In this document: one piece after another, positions 9,669 through 19,368 of the stretch
Layout: each line of letters begins with the position of its first letter
Numbering within the stretch: position 1 is the first letter of the stretch
Origin: Dyadobacter sp.
Lineage (GTDB): Bacteria > Bacteroidota > Bacteroidia > Cytophagales > Spirosomataceae
Direction: 5' to 3'
DNA length: 54,149 nucleotides
Assembly: GCA_035565435.1 (NCBI GenBank)
Contig: DATMSL010000032.1
Location: 1-54,149 of the forward strand
Position numbers and translations under genes: made by a program
The notes under the pieces: model-generated
Seen by the model: only the letters and a program-made list of their open reading frames with translations
What the model was told of the DNA's origin: nothing
Database searches by the model: none

Positions 9669-10678
9669 TACCAGAGCCAGCGTACAAATTGACTTGGAAC
9701 GGCAAGGATGTATCGGCAGATATGTCCCAGTACCTTTTGAGCCTTACTTTTGAGGACCGCGAAGAGGGTGAAAGCGATTCGCTCAGTTTCGTTGTGGACG
9801 ACAAAGACGGCAAGTGGCGTAACGAGTTCTACCCGCGTAAGGGTGATCCCGTGGAGCTGGAAATCGGGTGGTCTGGCGGTGAGTTCACCTACTGCGGCGA
9901 GTTCCAGATAGACCAGATAGAAGTGTACCGCGGCGTATCGGGCTCGCGCGTTACGATAAGCGCACTGTCGGCATTGATCACGGCACCTGCCCGGACCAAA
10001 AGACGTAGACGTTACGAGAAAATTACGCTTAAACGGCTGGCCAATTCCATAGCTTCTGACCTGGGCATGACTGCTACCGGCATTATCGATAATATAACGT
10101 TGTCCGGTATCTCGATGCATAAGGAGACTTCGCTCGCTTTCCTGCGCCGAGTAGCCGAGCGGTACGGGTATATCTTTACGATCAAGAAAAAGAAAATAAT
10201 TTTTAGTAAAAAGACCAATTTACAGGAGAATAAGCCTATCGCGCAGTTCGATGCAGGCGAGGCTTTTATCAGCTGCACCATTACGGATGCTACTGACCTG
10301 GACTACAAAGAGGCGCAGCACACGTACTGGGACGCCAAGAAAAAGAAAAAGGTATCCTATAACCATAAGGGCAAAACCAGTACTGCAAAAGACGATATAC
10401 TGCACATAGGCGGCCATGTAGCCGACCCGAAGCAGTCCGAGGAAGCCGCGAAAGCTGCATGGCTCAAAGCCAATAACGGATCGGTATCCGCTAAACTTGA
10501 ATTTGCTTACGGTGCGACCAATATACTGGCAGGCAACAATATCGAGCTAACCAGAATGGGTAAACTGTCCGGGTTGTACCACATAAGCAATACGACACAC
10601 CAGGTAGCCCCTGGCACTGGTGCTCGTCTATCCGCTGACGCATTTAAGGTGGGCGAGATAGATTCATCGTTGTATTAA
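9665..10678 (+). CDS. Baseplate hub (P2 gpD-like)
   Basis: LLSLTFEDREEGESDSLSFVVDD, GEFQIDQIE and ETSLAFLRRVAERYG motifs. Confidence 0.9.
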   Translation: MIPEPAYKLTWNGKDVSADMSQYLLSLTFEDREEGESDSLSFVVDDKDGKWRNEFYPRKGDPVELEIGWSGGEFTYCGEFQIDQIEVYRGVSGSRVTISALSALITAPARTKRRRRYEKITLKRLANSIASDLGMTATGIIDNITLSGISMHKETSLAFLRRVAERYGYIFTIKKKKIIFSKKTNLQENKPIAQFDAGEAFISCTITDATDLDYKEAQHTYWDAKKKKKVSYNHKGKTSTAKDDILHIGGHVADPKQSEEAAKAAWLKANNGSVSAKLEFAYGATNILAGNNIELTRMGKLSGLYHISNTTHQVAPGTGARLSADAFKVGEIDSSLY

Positions 10679-10682
10679 TCAG

Positions 10683-10713
10683 AAAGCCGTAGATACTTTA
10701 TTTGCGGCTTTTT
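10683..10713 (+). terminator. Intrinsic terminator
   Basis: AAAGCCG...CGGCTTT stem followed by a T run. Confidence 0.65.
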
Positions 10714-10726
10714 CCTATATTGCACC

Positions 10727-11302
10727 ATGGAATTAGAACGCGGATATATTGGCGAAATCACAGAGATAGATGCCGAGAACATGCTGGCCAAAGTGGTTGT
10801 ACGTGACTTTGACGACACGACTACTGATTGGATCATGGTAGCGATCCCGAACAATTTCTATCACATGCCGGCAGTAGGTGACCAGTGCGTTTTATGGATG
10901 GACGAGCAGTTCGAGGAGGGTGTTATTATCGGGTATGTGAACAACACGAAGCCTTACACAGACGCCAAGACGATCGGTTTTAAATTCCCGGGTGTTTCTG
11001 TTGAGATCAATATCGACTCGGGCGCTACCAAGATAAAGCTGTCAGGCGATGCAGAGCTAGAAGCACCTAATTTCAAGCTGAAAGGCAATATGCAGCTCGA
11101 CGGTACGCTGGACGTTACGGGCGACGCTACGCTTAAAAGTAAACTCAGCGTGTCCAAGGACGTAGCAGTAACCGGTAAGCTCGACGCTAACGGCGTTATC
11201 AAGTCCATGACAGACGTACAAGCCGTAGCAATCAAGCTGCTTACCCATACGCACACCTCTGCCGCGCCAGGATCACCGACTAGCCCTGCATTACCGACTT
11301 AA
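10727..11302 (+). CDS. Baseplate spike (P2 gpV-like)
   Basis: MPAVGDQC OB-fold motif, beta-helix repeats, terminal THTH metal site and GSPTSP. Confidence 0.9.
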   Translation: MELERGYIGEITEIDAENMLAKVVVRDFDDTTTDWIMVAIPNNFYHMPAVGDQCVLWMDEQFEEGVIIGYVNNTKPYTDAKTIGFKFPGVSVEINIDSGATKIKLSGDAELEAPNFKLKGNMQLDGTLDVTGDATLKSKLSVSKDVAVTGKLDANGVIKSMTDVQAVAIKLLTHTHTSAAPGSPTSPALPT

Positions 11303-11303
11303 T

Positions 11304-11768
11304 ATGGCCGTACACGTTGACGATATCGTTACTAAGACTTGGAGCATTAAAGTGGCATCACTCGGCGATATTGTCGCGGACGTTGAGGACATAAAGCAGT
11401 GCGTGGCCCTTATCGTGTTCACCCGCAAGCGCTCGGTACCCGGACAGCCCGAGTTTGGCTGCGACTGGTACAACTACATCGACTATCCGATTAACTCGGC
11501 CGGGGCGCTTATGGTGCGTGAGATCCGTAACTCGGTATCGCGCTGGGAGACCCGGGCAGCTATCAGCGACTTACAGTACAAGATAGTTAACGGCAATCTG
11601 CAAATAGGGATTACGATGCAGCCGGCGTTTAACCGGCCGACCGATCCTATAAGCAGTATCTTTTTTGGTTTCGAGCTCGAATACAAGTCGGGCACTATAT
11701 ACTTAATCGACCAGTTCGGCTACCGTATCACGGTAAACGGCGGGTATCAACTTACGATCGAAATCTAA
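11304..11768 (+). CDS. Baseplate wedge protein (gpW/gp25-like) with C-terminal extension
   Basis: DIKQCVALIVFTRKRSVPGQPEFGC...RWETR. Confidence 0.88.
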   Translation: MAVHVDDIVTKTWSIKVASLGDIVADVEDIKQCVALIVFTRKRSVPGQPEFGCDWYNYIDYPINSAGALMVREIRNSVSRWETRAAISDLQYKIVNGNLQIGITMQPAFNRPTDPISSIFFGFELEYKSGTIYLIDQFGYRITVNGGYQLTIEI

Positions 11769-12895
11769 TGGAAGACGCTCCTATACTGTTCTACGAGGAC
11801 CCGGAGGTTATATATAACCGGATGAAAAGCAACTACTCTGCTAAGGTCGAGCGTCCTATCGAGGACCAGCAGGCCGAGGCGTTGCTTATCCGCACGGGCA
11901 CTATGGAAATATCGCTGCACCAAATGCGGTCAGATAACGCTGTGGCGCAAATGCTCGCCCAGTTCTCAGCAGCCCCTATGCTGGACTATCTTGCTGGTAA
12001 CTCTGGCGTATCCAGGCTTGCGGCCACACCCGCAGTAGCAACCTTACAGTTCACACTGACGGCCGGGCACGGTATGGTAACACTGCCAGCAGGCACCCGA
12101 GTACGCACGACAGACGGCCTTATGGTGTTCGCTACCGACGAGGAGAAATCGGCGGCACCTGGCGTAGATACGATAACAGTAGCTGCAACCTCGCTCACAG
12201 ACGGGCCGCAGGGTAACCTGTACATTCCGGGACTCGTAACCGACATTATCGACGCGTACCCCTTTGTCAGTGCAGCTACCAACACGGTAACCACTGGCGG
12301 CGGCGCGGACGTAGAGACGGACGACGGTTTACGGCGCCGTATCCTGATATCACAGAACCAGTACCCTACGGCCGGTAGTGTCGACTCGTACAAGTACTGG
12401 GCGCTTTCGGCTAACCCTTCGATCATTGACGTATCGGTGGATAATCAGCGCGAGCTGGACGGTACTCCTATTGGCGGCACAGTGGCTATTTATCCGCTCG
12501 TCTCTGGCGGCGGTACAACCCCGCAGGCTATCCTGGACGCAGTGGAAGAGGCAGTATCGGCAGAGCTGCGCAGGCCGTTGAATGACGAGGTCGCCGCGTT
12601 CTCTCCGTCGCCAGTGAACTATACGATACCTTTGCAGCTCATACTGAAAGCAGGGGCCGTGCAGTCGACAACCGAGAATGCCGTAATTGCTGCGATCACC
12701 ACGTACGTTACCAACCAATCTAAAACGTTGGGCGCAGACGTGACCGAGTCGCAGATCAAAGCGGCGGGCATGAACGGCTCGGTACACTCAATACTTTTGC
12801 CGGGCTTTACGGATGTAATCGTAGGGCTTACCGAGTTTGCCGTGTGTACTGAGATAAGCAAAGTAGGAACCACTTACGAGGATATCAATGCCTGA
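11768..12895 (+). CDS. Baseplate J-like protein
   Basis: GGGADVETDDGLRRRI and AGSVDSYKYWALS motifs. Confidence 0.93.
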   Translation: MEDAPILFYEDPEVIYNRMKSNYSAKVERPIEDQQAEALLIRTGTMEISLHQMRSDNAVAQMLAQFSAAPMLDYLAGNSGVSRLAATPAVATLQFTLTAGHGMVTLPAGTRVRTTDGLMVFATDEEKSAAPGVDTITVAATSLTDGPQGNLYIPGLVTDIIDAYPFVSAATNTVTTGGGADVETDDGLRRRILISQNQYPTAGSVDSYKYWALSANPSIIDVSVDNQRELDGTPIGGTVAIYPLVSGGGTTPQAILDAVEEAVSAELRRPLNDEVAAFSPSPVNYTIPLQLILKAGAVQSTTENAVIAAITTYVTNQSKTLGADVTESQIKAAGMNGSVHSILLPGFTDVIVGLTEFAVCTEISKVGTTYEDINA

Positions 12896-13442
12896 TAATC
12901 ACCACTTGGCCACGCCGCTTAACGGTAACCTGAACATGCAGGCCTTTATTGAGGTACTGCGCGAGGAGCTGGAACGTATCGACCCTACGAAGCTGTTCAT
13001 ATTCCTGTTCGACACGGTGGACGAGTCGCTACTGGATCTGCTGGCCGAACAGTTCGACATGCTCGGGTTTAATGGGTGGGTACTGGCCGAAACAGTGGAG
13101 CAGAAGCGTGAGCTATTGAAAGCCTCGTTTCAGCTGCACTCGATGAAAGGTACACCAGCAGGTATCCGGGAAGTAGTGCGCCGGCTCGGCTTTCAAGACC
13201 TTATCATTAACGAGCGGACCGGTGCGCCTGTGGATGCCTTGAACCCGTGGGCATATTTTACTGTGCAATACGTGCTTACCAACAGCCGCACTATCAGTGA
13301 GTCGGATGCAGCCAATTTGATAGGCATAATCGACAAATATAAGAACGCACGCAGCGTTATGGCTGACTTTTCCTTCGCTACACGGCAAGTAGAGGTTATC
13401 TTAATTACCGAAATTCTCAATCTAAATGTAATTACCGTATGA
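12888..13442 (+). CDS. Baseplate protein I (P2 gpI-like)
   Basis: LLDLLAEQFD...KRELLK...HSMKGTPAGI...YKNARS. Confidence 0.88.
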   Translation: MPDNHHLATPLNGNLNMQAFIEVLREELERIDPTKLFIFLFDTVDESLLDLLAEQFDMLGFNGWVLAETVEQKRELLKASFQLHSMKGTPAGIREVVRRLGFQDLIINERTGAPVDALNPWAYFTVQYVLTNSRTISESDAANLIGIIDKYKNARSVMADFSFATRQVEVILITEILNLNVITV

Positions 13443-13948
13443 AAACTGCTTTCGGTCTCGAAGGTAATGTACTGCTTAACATATTCGACTCACAGAGCGG
13501 AAAGCTGTTGCATACCCAAGAGCAGCATAACCTTGTAGTGTCAGGCGGCTTAGGCGCTATGCTTCGAGTAATGAATGAGCCGTATGGCGCCCGTACTGTG
13601 TTCGACTCTGTAAGGTTCAACGATACTACGGCGGGGGCACCTGCCTGGGGCGATACTACCGTAGAGGCCGGATACTTGGAAAAGCCGATAACGGCGGTAG
13701 ATACGCTCTTCGGCCCTACGCCAGCAGACGGTGTAAGCGACAAGTCCCATTTCGAGCTGCTGGCAGCCGAGTATAACGGCAATAATATTAACGAGCTTTC
13801 ATTATGGGTGCGCACCATTTACTTGGAGGTGGGCGTACCTGACGAGGTTATCTTGTTTAGCAGGGTGAAAATAGCTCCCATAGCCAAGACGAGCTCGATA
13901 CGCATTGAAGGTACCTGGGAAATAAAATGCAGTGTTGTAGTCGTATGA
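13439..13948 (+). CDS. Short tail-fibre attachment/collar-like protein
   Basis: HNLVVSGG...INELSL...LFSRVKIAPIAKT...WEI resembles the baseplate-binding N-terminus of tail fibres; only 169 aa. Confidence 0.6.
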   Translation: MKTAFGLEGNVLLNIFDSQSGKLLHTQEQHNLVVSGGLGAMLRVMNEPYGARTVFDSVRFNDTTAGAPAWGDTTVEAGYLEKPITAVDTLFGPTPADGVSDKSHFELLAAEYNGNNINELSLWVRTIYLEVGVPDEVILFSRVKIAPIAKTSSIRIEGTWEIKCSVVVV

Positions 13949-14409
13949 AAAATCTTGCTTTCCTTTGTTTTGTGGTTGTGGTTGTGGTAGCGTCCGGGTC
14001 GTGTAGGTCTATCCTGCGCACCCGAAGCGCTGCGGATAGCACGGCTACCAGGTCCCAGGAGCAAAGTGAGAAATTTACGCGGGAGATCGTCAGGGAGTAC
14101 TTACCCGGTAAGGTAGATACCGTATACCAGCACAGCGTATCGACCGTAGAAGTACCTAAGTACGTTACCGTACCTGGACCCGTAATGCTGCGCGAGACTA
14201 TCAGGGAAACCGGGGAAAAGCAGCAGGCTCAGACCGAGCAGAAGCAGGTATCTACCGAGCAGAAGCAGGTCGAGAAACAGCCTATGCCCTGGTGGGCGTT
14301 TATGGCGATAGGGGCTGGAATAGTGCTTACGCTTGTGTTTATCGCAGGCTTTATTTATCTGGTCGTGAAAGTCCGATCGCTGCCAGCTCAGATTGTAACC
14401 AAACTTTAA
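13945..14409 (+). CDS. Putative unimolecular spanin (lipoprotein with C-terminal TM helix)
   Basis: MKNLAFLCFVVVVVVASGSC signal with Cys; C-terminal WWAFMAIGAGIVLTLVFIAGFIYLVV; ATG overlaps the upstream stop. Confidence 0.6.
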   Translation: MKNLAFLCFVVVVVVASGSCRSILRTRSAADSTATRSQEQSEKFTREIVREYLPGKVDTVYQHSVSTVEVPKYVTVPGPVMLRETIRETGEKQQAQTEQKQVSTEQKQVEKQPMPWWAFMAIGAGIVLTLVFIAGFIYLVVKVRSLPAQIVTKL

Positions 14410-14840
14410 TCTTTCCGTTTAAACCACCGTTTCCTCGGCTCAGGTTGTAGTGAAGGGAAGGTGACGTTAATAACCACCGGCCGAGGGGACGTATCAATGC
14501 GGTATACGGTTTCTATCGCTTGAACGCCCCCGTCTGACTTTAAAATTGTCTGTTTAAGGTTGTTCTCAGCTACTTTAAGCGTTGCGTTCATTTGCTGCAC
14601 TTTGGGCGGTAATTTCCCCAGTTGTTCCAGCCCCTGTGCAATACTGTCTTTCAGCATATCGCGCCGCTCGTCGAGTACGGCTTCTTTGCGTTCCAAGGGT
14701 CTGGATACAGGAATTTCTTTTTTAGGCTTAGCGGAAGGTAATGTATCTACCTGATTATATGCCGAGGTGGCCGCAGATATGATACCAATAACGAACAAGC
14801 CGATAATTACTACCAGCACAGAAATTGAAAAGGCTTTCAT
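14406..14840 (-). CDS. Membrane-anchored coiled-coil protein (possible lysis gene)
   Basis: N-terminal hydrophobic helix; coupled to the upstream ORF. Confidence 0.6.
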   Translation of the reverse strand: MKAFSISVLVVIIGLFVIGIISAATSAYNQVDTLPSAKPKKEIPVSRPLERKEAVLDERRDMLKDSIAQGLEQLGKLPPKVQQMNATLKVAENNLKQTILKSDGGVQAIETVYRIDTSPRPVVINVTFPSLQPEPRKRWFKRKD

Positions 14841-15274
14841 TGCGTCTGTAAGTTTTTAACTGTTTCGGAAAACTGTTTGGTGCTTGCCACAAGTTTACGG
14901 TATTTGTTCAATTCCCGTTCCATTTCACTGAGCTTTTCAGTCTGGTTCTTATTAAACGCAGCGAGCTCGGCTACTTGCTGTTCTTTAATGGCTACTTTCT
15001 CTCGGAGCCATGTAGCTTCCATTGCTCCGACAAGTACCACCAGAGAGTCGTGCTTGTCCTGTAAAATTGCAATATCAGCCTTTAAATCCCTAATTTCCAG
15101 CGCATCTTTTTCGCTGCTGGCGGCATCCTGCTCTCTTAAAGTGCTAAACAAAAAACCTACTACGCTGGTCAATGCAACTACTACTAGTATGGCTGCAAAA
15201 TTAAGTGCAGCCCGAGGGTTTTTCTTTACGGCTTCGGCCAAATGCTCGGGCCAAGTACTAAAATCCAGGTTCAT
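14837..15274 (-). CDS. Single-TM coiled-coil protein (holin or lysis candidate)
   Basis: TM segment FAAILVVVALTSVVGFLF followed by a long coiled coil. Confidence 0.6.
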   Translation of the reverse strand: MNLDFSTWPEHLAEAVKKNPRAALNFAAILVVVALTSVVGFLFSTLREQDAASSEKDALEIRDLKADIAILQDKHDSLVVLVGAMEATWLREKVAIKEQQVAELAAFNKNQTEKLSEMERELNKYRKLVASTKQFSETVKNLQTQ

Positions 15275-15302
15275 AGTTTGCGTGGGTTAAGCTCCCCGCA
15301 AT

Positions 15303-15701
15303 TTACGAAACAGTTAGCAGTTTTTGTAGATGGTGTTCGTACTTGGTAACCACATGGTTAACTCTTTTGAATGCTTCTATCTGGCGTGGATCACCTTTAC
15401 GCGACCAGTCCAGCGCAGTGATGCGCGCAAAGCCGTATTTCTGAAACGCTTCGATAGCGGCAGTGCGCGTCAGTAACTTCTTTTTCAGTACTACATACGT
15501 GGACCAGTCGGGTTCCATAGACAGGGGGTTGATGCCCGAACCGCTTAGCATCGCGTACCAGCGTTGTACGTAGGGCGATTCGCCTTTCTGCCAGTTATAG
15601 TAGTTCTGGTATATTACCTGGGCTTCGGCCATAACTTGATACGGTGCGATATCCGGGCCTAGCGCCTTAATCCTATCCGTGAGGTCTTTGTGAGGCGTCA
15701 T
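15303..15701 (-). CDS. Hypothetical protein
   Basis: ORF with likely start MTPHKDL; divergent from the replication operon. Confidence 0.65.
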   Translation of the reverse strand: MTPHKDLTDRIKALGPDIAPYQVMAEAQVIYQNYYNWQKGESPYVQRWYAMLSGSGINPLSMEPDWSTYVVLKKKLLTRTAAIEAFQKYGFARITALDWSRKGDPRQIEAFKRVNHVVTKYEHHLQKLLTVS

Positions 15702-15711
15702 AAAAATAAAT

Positions 15712-15754
15712 GGTATAATTTGTTTGCAAATAAAATAAACCTTCTGCACATTTG
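15712..15754 (+). promoter_or_regulatory. Conserved promoter element, copy 1 (GGTATAATTTGTTTGCAAATAAAATA plus CACATTTG)
   Basis: 24/26 identical to 32586-32611; Bacteroidota-like -33/-7 layout. Confidence 0.65.
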
Positions 15755-15798
15755 CAATCTCTTAAATGTTTATTTCCATTAACCAAACAACTTATTTT

Positions 15799-16587
15799 AT
15801 GAAGTCTAAAATATCGTTCTCAGGATCGATTGCGTTCATTTCTGCAATTGCCCAGTTTGCTGCAACGTTACCCCACGGCGAGGAAGGAGAAACCGAGGAA
15901 TCAGAGCAAGGCCATGCTACTCTATCCTCACAGCCTTTTGTGGTTACCCATTCGGACGGATCGGTAGGTGCCCCACACCAGTTCGAGACCGATGCGAACG
16001 GCTTGATTATCGTACCTCCGCAGAAACAACGCGAGAAAGCGGATTACAAGGCTCACCGTATCGCCGCCGAGAAAGCCCGTGCCGAACAGGAAAAGCAAAT
16101 TTCTGCCGGTGCAAGCCCTGCGGTTGATATTCCGGGCGGTGCTAACAATGTCGCTCAGCAGCTCGTGCCACAAGCTCCGACCGAGCCCAACGCATTTGCA
16201 AACTACGCAATCCAGCAGCAACACCAGTTCGCTCAGCAGCCCGTACAACAGGCCCCCAGCTTTCCGCAGCAACCTACCGGATTTCCCGCGGCTGCTCCGG
16301 CCCAAACCGCCGCTGGTTTCCCTGCATCTAACCCTGCTCAGGCTCCTGTGGCAACAAACGGGCAAGCGTGGCTTAACCCCGCTACAATTAATCAACAGGT
16401 GCCAACGATTAACGACTTTAATACGCTGATTCAACCGCTCGTCGTGCATGAGCGCCCCCGGCAAATTCTCGGTGAGTGGCTTGCGCACAAACAATTACAG
16501 AATTTTGAACAGATTGCTGATCAACCCGCCGTTTTAGCCGAGGCGATCCAGGTTGCTACGCAAATCCGCGACGGTATACTGAAATAG
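15799..16587 (+). CDS. Hypothetical replication-module protein with Q/P/A-rich linker
   Basis: Precedes the Cas4-like nuclease as in APSE-type modules; low-complexity centre. Confidence 0.7.
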   Translation: MKSKISFSGSIAFISAIAQFAATLPHGEEGETEESEQGHATLSSQPFVVTHSDGSVGAPHQFETDANGLIIVPPQKQREKADYKAHRIAAEKARAEQEKQISAGASPAVDIPGGANNVAQQLVPQAPTEPNAFANYAIQQQHQFAQQPVQQAPSFPQQPTGFPAAAPAQTAAGFPASNPAQAPVATNGQAWLNPATINQQVPTINDFNTLIQPLVVHERPRQILGEWLAHKQLQNFEQIADQPAVLAEAIQVATQIRDGILK

Positions 16588-16588
16588 T

Positions 16589-17824
16589 ATGACAGTACAG
16601 GCACAGCTGATTCCAGCCGGCTACGTTGTGCCCCTGGAACCTCCCGTAGATTTGGAGCATGCTTTCCTCGGCCCGTCTGCCGGCAGTATTTGGACTAATT
16701 GCACCCCGGCAATGTGGGCGGCAAAAGGTTACAAGGACGAAGGATCAGACGCGGCCAGGGAAGGCAGCTGCGCCCACGACCTTTCCGAGATAATGATCAA
16801 AGAAAAGCTGGGCATGATAACCAAGCAAAAGTACCAGTTCGAGCTGATCCGTATCCAGCAAAGCCAGTATTACAATGCAGAAATGCATGAGTTCTGTAAG
16901 GGATACATGGAGTTCGTGCTCTCCTACTGGTCCAAGGCGCTGGCCATGCATGCAAGCCCTGTGATCCTTATCGAGGAGAAGTTTAAGCTCACCCGCTGGA
17001 TTCCCCAAGGCTTTGGTAAGACCGACGTAACGATCGTAGCCGGAGAGTGGCTTTTCGTGCTGGACTTCAAGTACGGGCAGGGCGTGAAAGTGGAGGCGAA
17101 AGGTAACGTGCAGACCCGGCTTTACGCGCTCGGGGCGCTGGATGCGATGCGGCACAAGTACCCTTTAAAATACGTGGAAATGGCTATTTACCAGCCGCGT
17201 ATGAAGAACATAGGCCGCGATCAGATTACCGCTTACGAGCTGTGGGAGTACGCCGAGAACTTTATCAGACCGCAGGCCGAAAAAGCCTGGCTGGGCATGG
17301 GAGAGTACAAGGCAGGTTCGCACTGTAAGTTTTGCAAGGCTAAACCGCGCTGCCGGACATTTGCACAGTATGCGCTTACGCCAGCTGGACGCGCCGAGTT
17401 CGAGGACCCAAACAACCTTTCAGACGAGGAGCTTTCGCAAATAGCGCTCATGGTGCCTATGCTGCAATCGTACTCCAAAGACCTAACGGAGTACATGCTC
17501 GGTAAAGCAGTTCGGGAAAACAAGCAGTGGCCGCACATGAAACTGGTTGAAGGGCGTAGCGTGCGTGTGATCACTAACGAGGCCGAGGCCGTAAGGCGCC
17601 TGCAAGAGGCCGGCTACCGGGACGTGGTTAACACTAAGATAAAAGGGCTGGGCGATTTGGAAGCGATCGTAGGCGATATGGAGCTGGAAAAGCTACTGGC
17701 CGGTATTTTGATTAAGCCTGCCGGTAAACCTACTCTGGTATCAGATACCGACGACCGTGCGCGTTTCGCCCCAATGCAAGCATTAGATTTTTTCAAAGAC
17801 ACGATTTTACAAGTACAGCGATGA
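16589..17824 (+). CDS. Cas4-like PD-(D/E)xK exonuclease (DUF2800-like)
   Basis: HAFLGPS...W..C, FGKTD, VLDFKYG.GVKV, QTRLYALG, IYQPR and HCKFCKAKPRC motifs. Confidence 0.9.
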   Translation: MTVQAQLIPAGYVVPLEPPVDLEHAFLGPSAGSIWTNCTPAMWAAKGYKDEGSDAAREGSCAHDLSEIMIKEKLGMITKQKYQFELIRIQQSQYYNAEMHEFCKGYMEFVLSYWSKALAMHASPVILIEEKFKLTRWIPQGFGKTDVTIVAGEWLFVLDFKYGQGVKVEAKGNVQTRLYALGALDAMRHKYPLKYVEMAIYQPRMKNIGRDQITAYELWEYAENFIRPQAEKAWLGMGEYKAGSHCKFCKAKPRCRTFAQYALTPAGRAEFEDPNNLSDEELSQIALMVPMLQSYSKDLTEYMLGKAVRENKQWPHMKLVEGRSVRVITNEAEAVRRLQEAGYRDVVNTKIKGLGDLEAIVGDMELEKLLAGILIKPAGKPTLVSDTDDRARFAPMQALDFFKDTILQVQR

Positions 17825-18018
17825 AAGATACAGAAAGAGAACTACCTGAAAACGGTTCGGTAGGCGATATGGACGCCTGTATTACAGCACTAAATGCTGC
17901 GAAAGAGCACGGCTTAGAGGCTGAGGTAGTGTGTTGGGCGTTGTACCATGCACAGACGAATCCAGAGGCTACTATCGCCGAATGCCTTATGGCAGGGCTT
18001 TCTGAGTGGGATGTATAA
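17821..18018 (+). CDS. Hypothetical protein
   Basis: 65-aa ORF coupled to the upstream gene. Confidence 0.6.
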   Translation: MKDTERELPENGSVGDMDACITALNAAKEHGLEAEVVCWALYHAQTNPEATIAECLMAGLSEWDV

Positions 18019-18046
18019 TTATCAAAATCATTTTTAACTAAATACA
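18016..18046 (+). repeat. 31-bp direct repeat, copy 1
   Basis: TAATTATCAAAATCATTTTTAACTAAATACA, identical at 18293-18323. Confidence 0.95.
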
Positions 18047-18049
18047 GCG

Positions 18050-18295
18050 ATGAATAAAGATCAAGCAGTTAAGGGGTATGATTTGGTTTGCGAGATACGC
18101 AGCCATGAGTACGCAGCCAGTAAATTGGAGCAAGATAAGGCAATAATCGCCGCAGCTACCGACACTGCTACGGTCTCGTATGAGATTAATAAAACGAAAT
18201 ACCCGAAAGATGTAGGCGTGAGGGTTTTGGAGCTACTTATAGACTACCATAAAGCCAAGATCGGTGAACTAACCGAGCAGCTCTCTAAACTTTAA
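18050..18295 (+). CDS. Hypothetical protein flanked by direct repeats
   Basis: 81-aa ORF. Confidence 0.7.
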   Translation: MNKDQAVKGYDLVCEIRSHEYAASKLEQDKAIIAAATDTATVSYEINKTKYPKDVGVRVLELLIDYHKAKIGELTEQLSKL

Positions 18296-18323
18296 TTATC
18301 AAAATCATTTTTAACTAAATACA
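18293..18323 (+). repeat. 31-bp direct repeat, copy 2
   Basis: Identical to 18016-18046. Confidence 0.95.
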
Positions 18324-18326
18324 ACA

Positions 18327-19295
18327 ATGGAACAAGTAAGATTAGAAGGCGTTCGTTTCTCCTACGCATATATTTTCCAACGCACCAAAGAGCGTGACCC
18401 GAATAAGACCGGCAAGTACCAGGTAGATTTGCTCTGGCCTAAAACCGCCGAGCATATTACGCAAGCTGTGTGGGGTGCAGTGCAAAAACTGTATGCAGAA
18501 GCCTCGCAAGACCCTAAATTGCAGGGAGCTATTCAGCGCCAGCAGTTCAAAACGGACGTAATCAAAGATGGTGACCGGGCCAAGTGGGGTAAACCCGACC
18601 AGTCTACCTATGCCGGGTATTACTACATCGTAGCCAAGTCAGACGATCCGGTACAAGTGATCGACCAGTATGGCAAGCTGCTGACCACAGACGCCGAGTT
18701 TTTTTCGGGCTGCTTCGGTAATGCTGGTATCGGTCTGCGCACTTACGCGCCGTCCGACAAAGTGCCTCAGTCAGGTTATGGCATCACTGTGAAGCTGCTC
18801 GCCCTGCAACGCACCGGCGGTAACGAGTCCGACCGTCTGGCCGGTAATGCAACCGTAGAAGCAGCTCAATTCTTTAACGTGCAGCCGGCCCCTATGCCCG
18901 GCATGCAGCAACCAGGACAGCCTTATGGACAACCTGTTTATCAAGGTCAGGGAGCTAATGTACAAGCTCCAATTCAATACCAGCAGCCAGCACAACAAGC
19001 CCCAGCAGCCGGAGCCCCCTACGGAAACCCAGCGCCTCAAACACAATTTGGGCCTCCCGCCCAGCCCGTGGGACAACCCGCGCCAGCTGCTCAGGGATTC
19101 CCAGGAGCTCCGCAGCAAGCAAACCCGTTCCCGCAAACCGGGCTCCCACAGCAACCAGTAGCGCAGCCGGGTTTCCAAACAGGACAGCCAGCCCAGTTCC
19201 CGCCTGCTCAGGCTCAACAGCCAGCAGGGCCGCACCAGCCTACGCCAGCTTTCGGAGCGCAGCAAGGCTTTGACCCGTACGCAGGGCAGAGATAG
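18327..19295 (+). CDS. Single-stranded DNA-binding protein (DUF2815 / T7 gp2.5-like) with long Q/P/G tail
   Basis: VRFSYAYIF, KY...L, IKDGD, FFSGCFG and LLALQ motifs; position between nuclease and polymerase. Confidence 0.85.
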   Translation: MEQVRLEGVRFSYAYIFQRTKERDPNKTGKYQVDLLWPKTAEHITQAVWGAVQKLYAEASQDPKLQGAIQRQQFKTDVIKDGDRAKWGKPDQSTYAGYYYIVAKSDDPVQVIDQYGKLLTTDAEFFSGCFGNAGIGLRTYAPSDKVPQSGYGITVKLLALQRTGGNESDRLAGNATVEAAQFFNVQPAPMPGMQQPGQPYGQPVYQGQGANVQAPIQYQQPAQQAPAAGAPYGNPAPQTQFGPPAQPVGQPAPAAQGFPGAPQQANPFPQTGLPQQPVAQPGFQTGQPAQFPPAQAQQPAGPHQPTPAFGAQQGFDPYAGQR

Positions 19296-19326
19296 ATTTT
19301 GTTATAATAAGTGGTAATGTTGAACT

Positions 19327-19358
19327 ACGGGCGGCCGATTTGAGCTGCCCGTGCTTTC
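19327..19358 (+). terminator. Hairpin, possible terminator
   Basis: ACGGGCGGC/GCTGCCCGT stem followed by GCTTTC. Confidence 0.5.
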
Positions 19359-19368
19359 TCTATGGATT

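Noticed and set aside
14233..14270. 17-bp repeat ACCGAGCAGAAGCAGGT
   Set aside because: An in-frame coding duplication (TEQKQV twice) with no further signal
16589..17824. Cas4-like gene as a sign of a CRISPR-Cas system
   Set aside because: No cas1/cas2 and no repeat-spacer array; it is a standard member of this replication module
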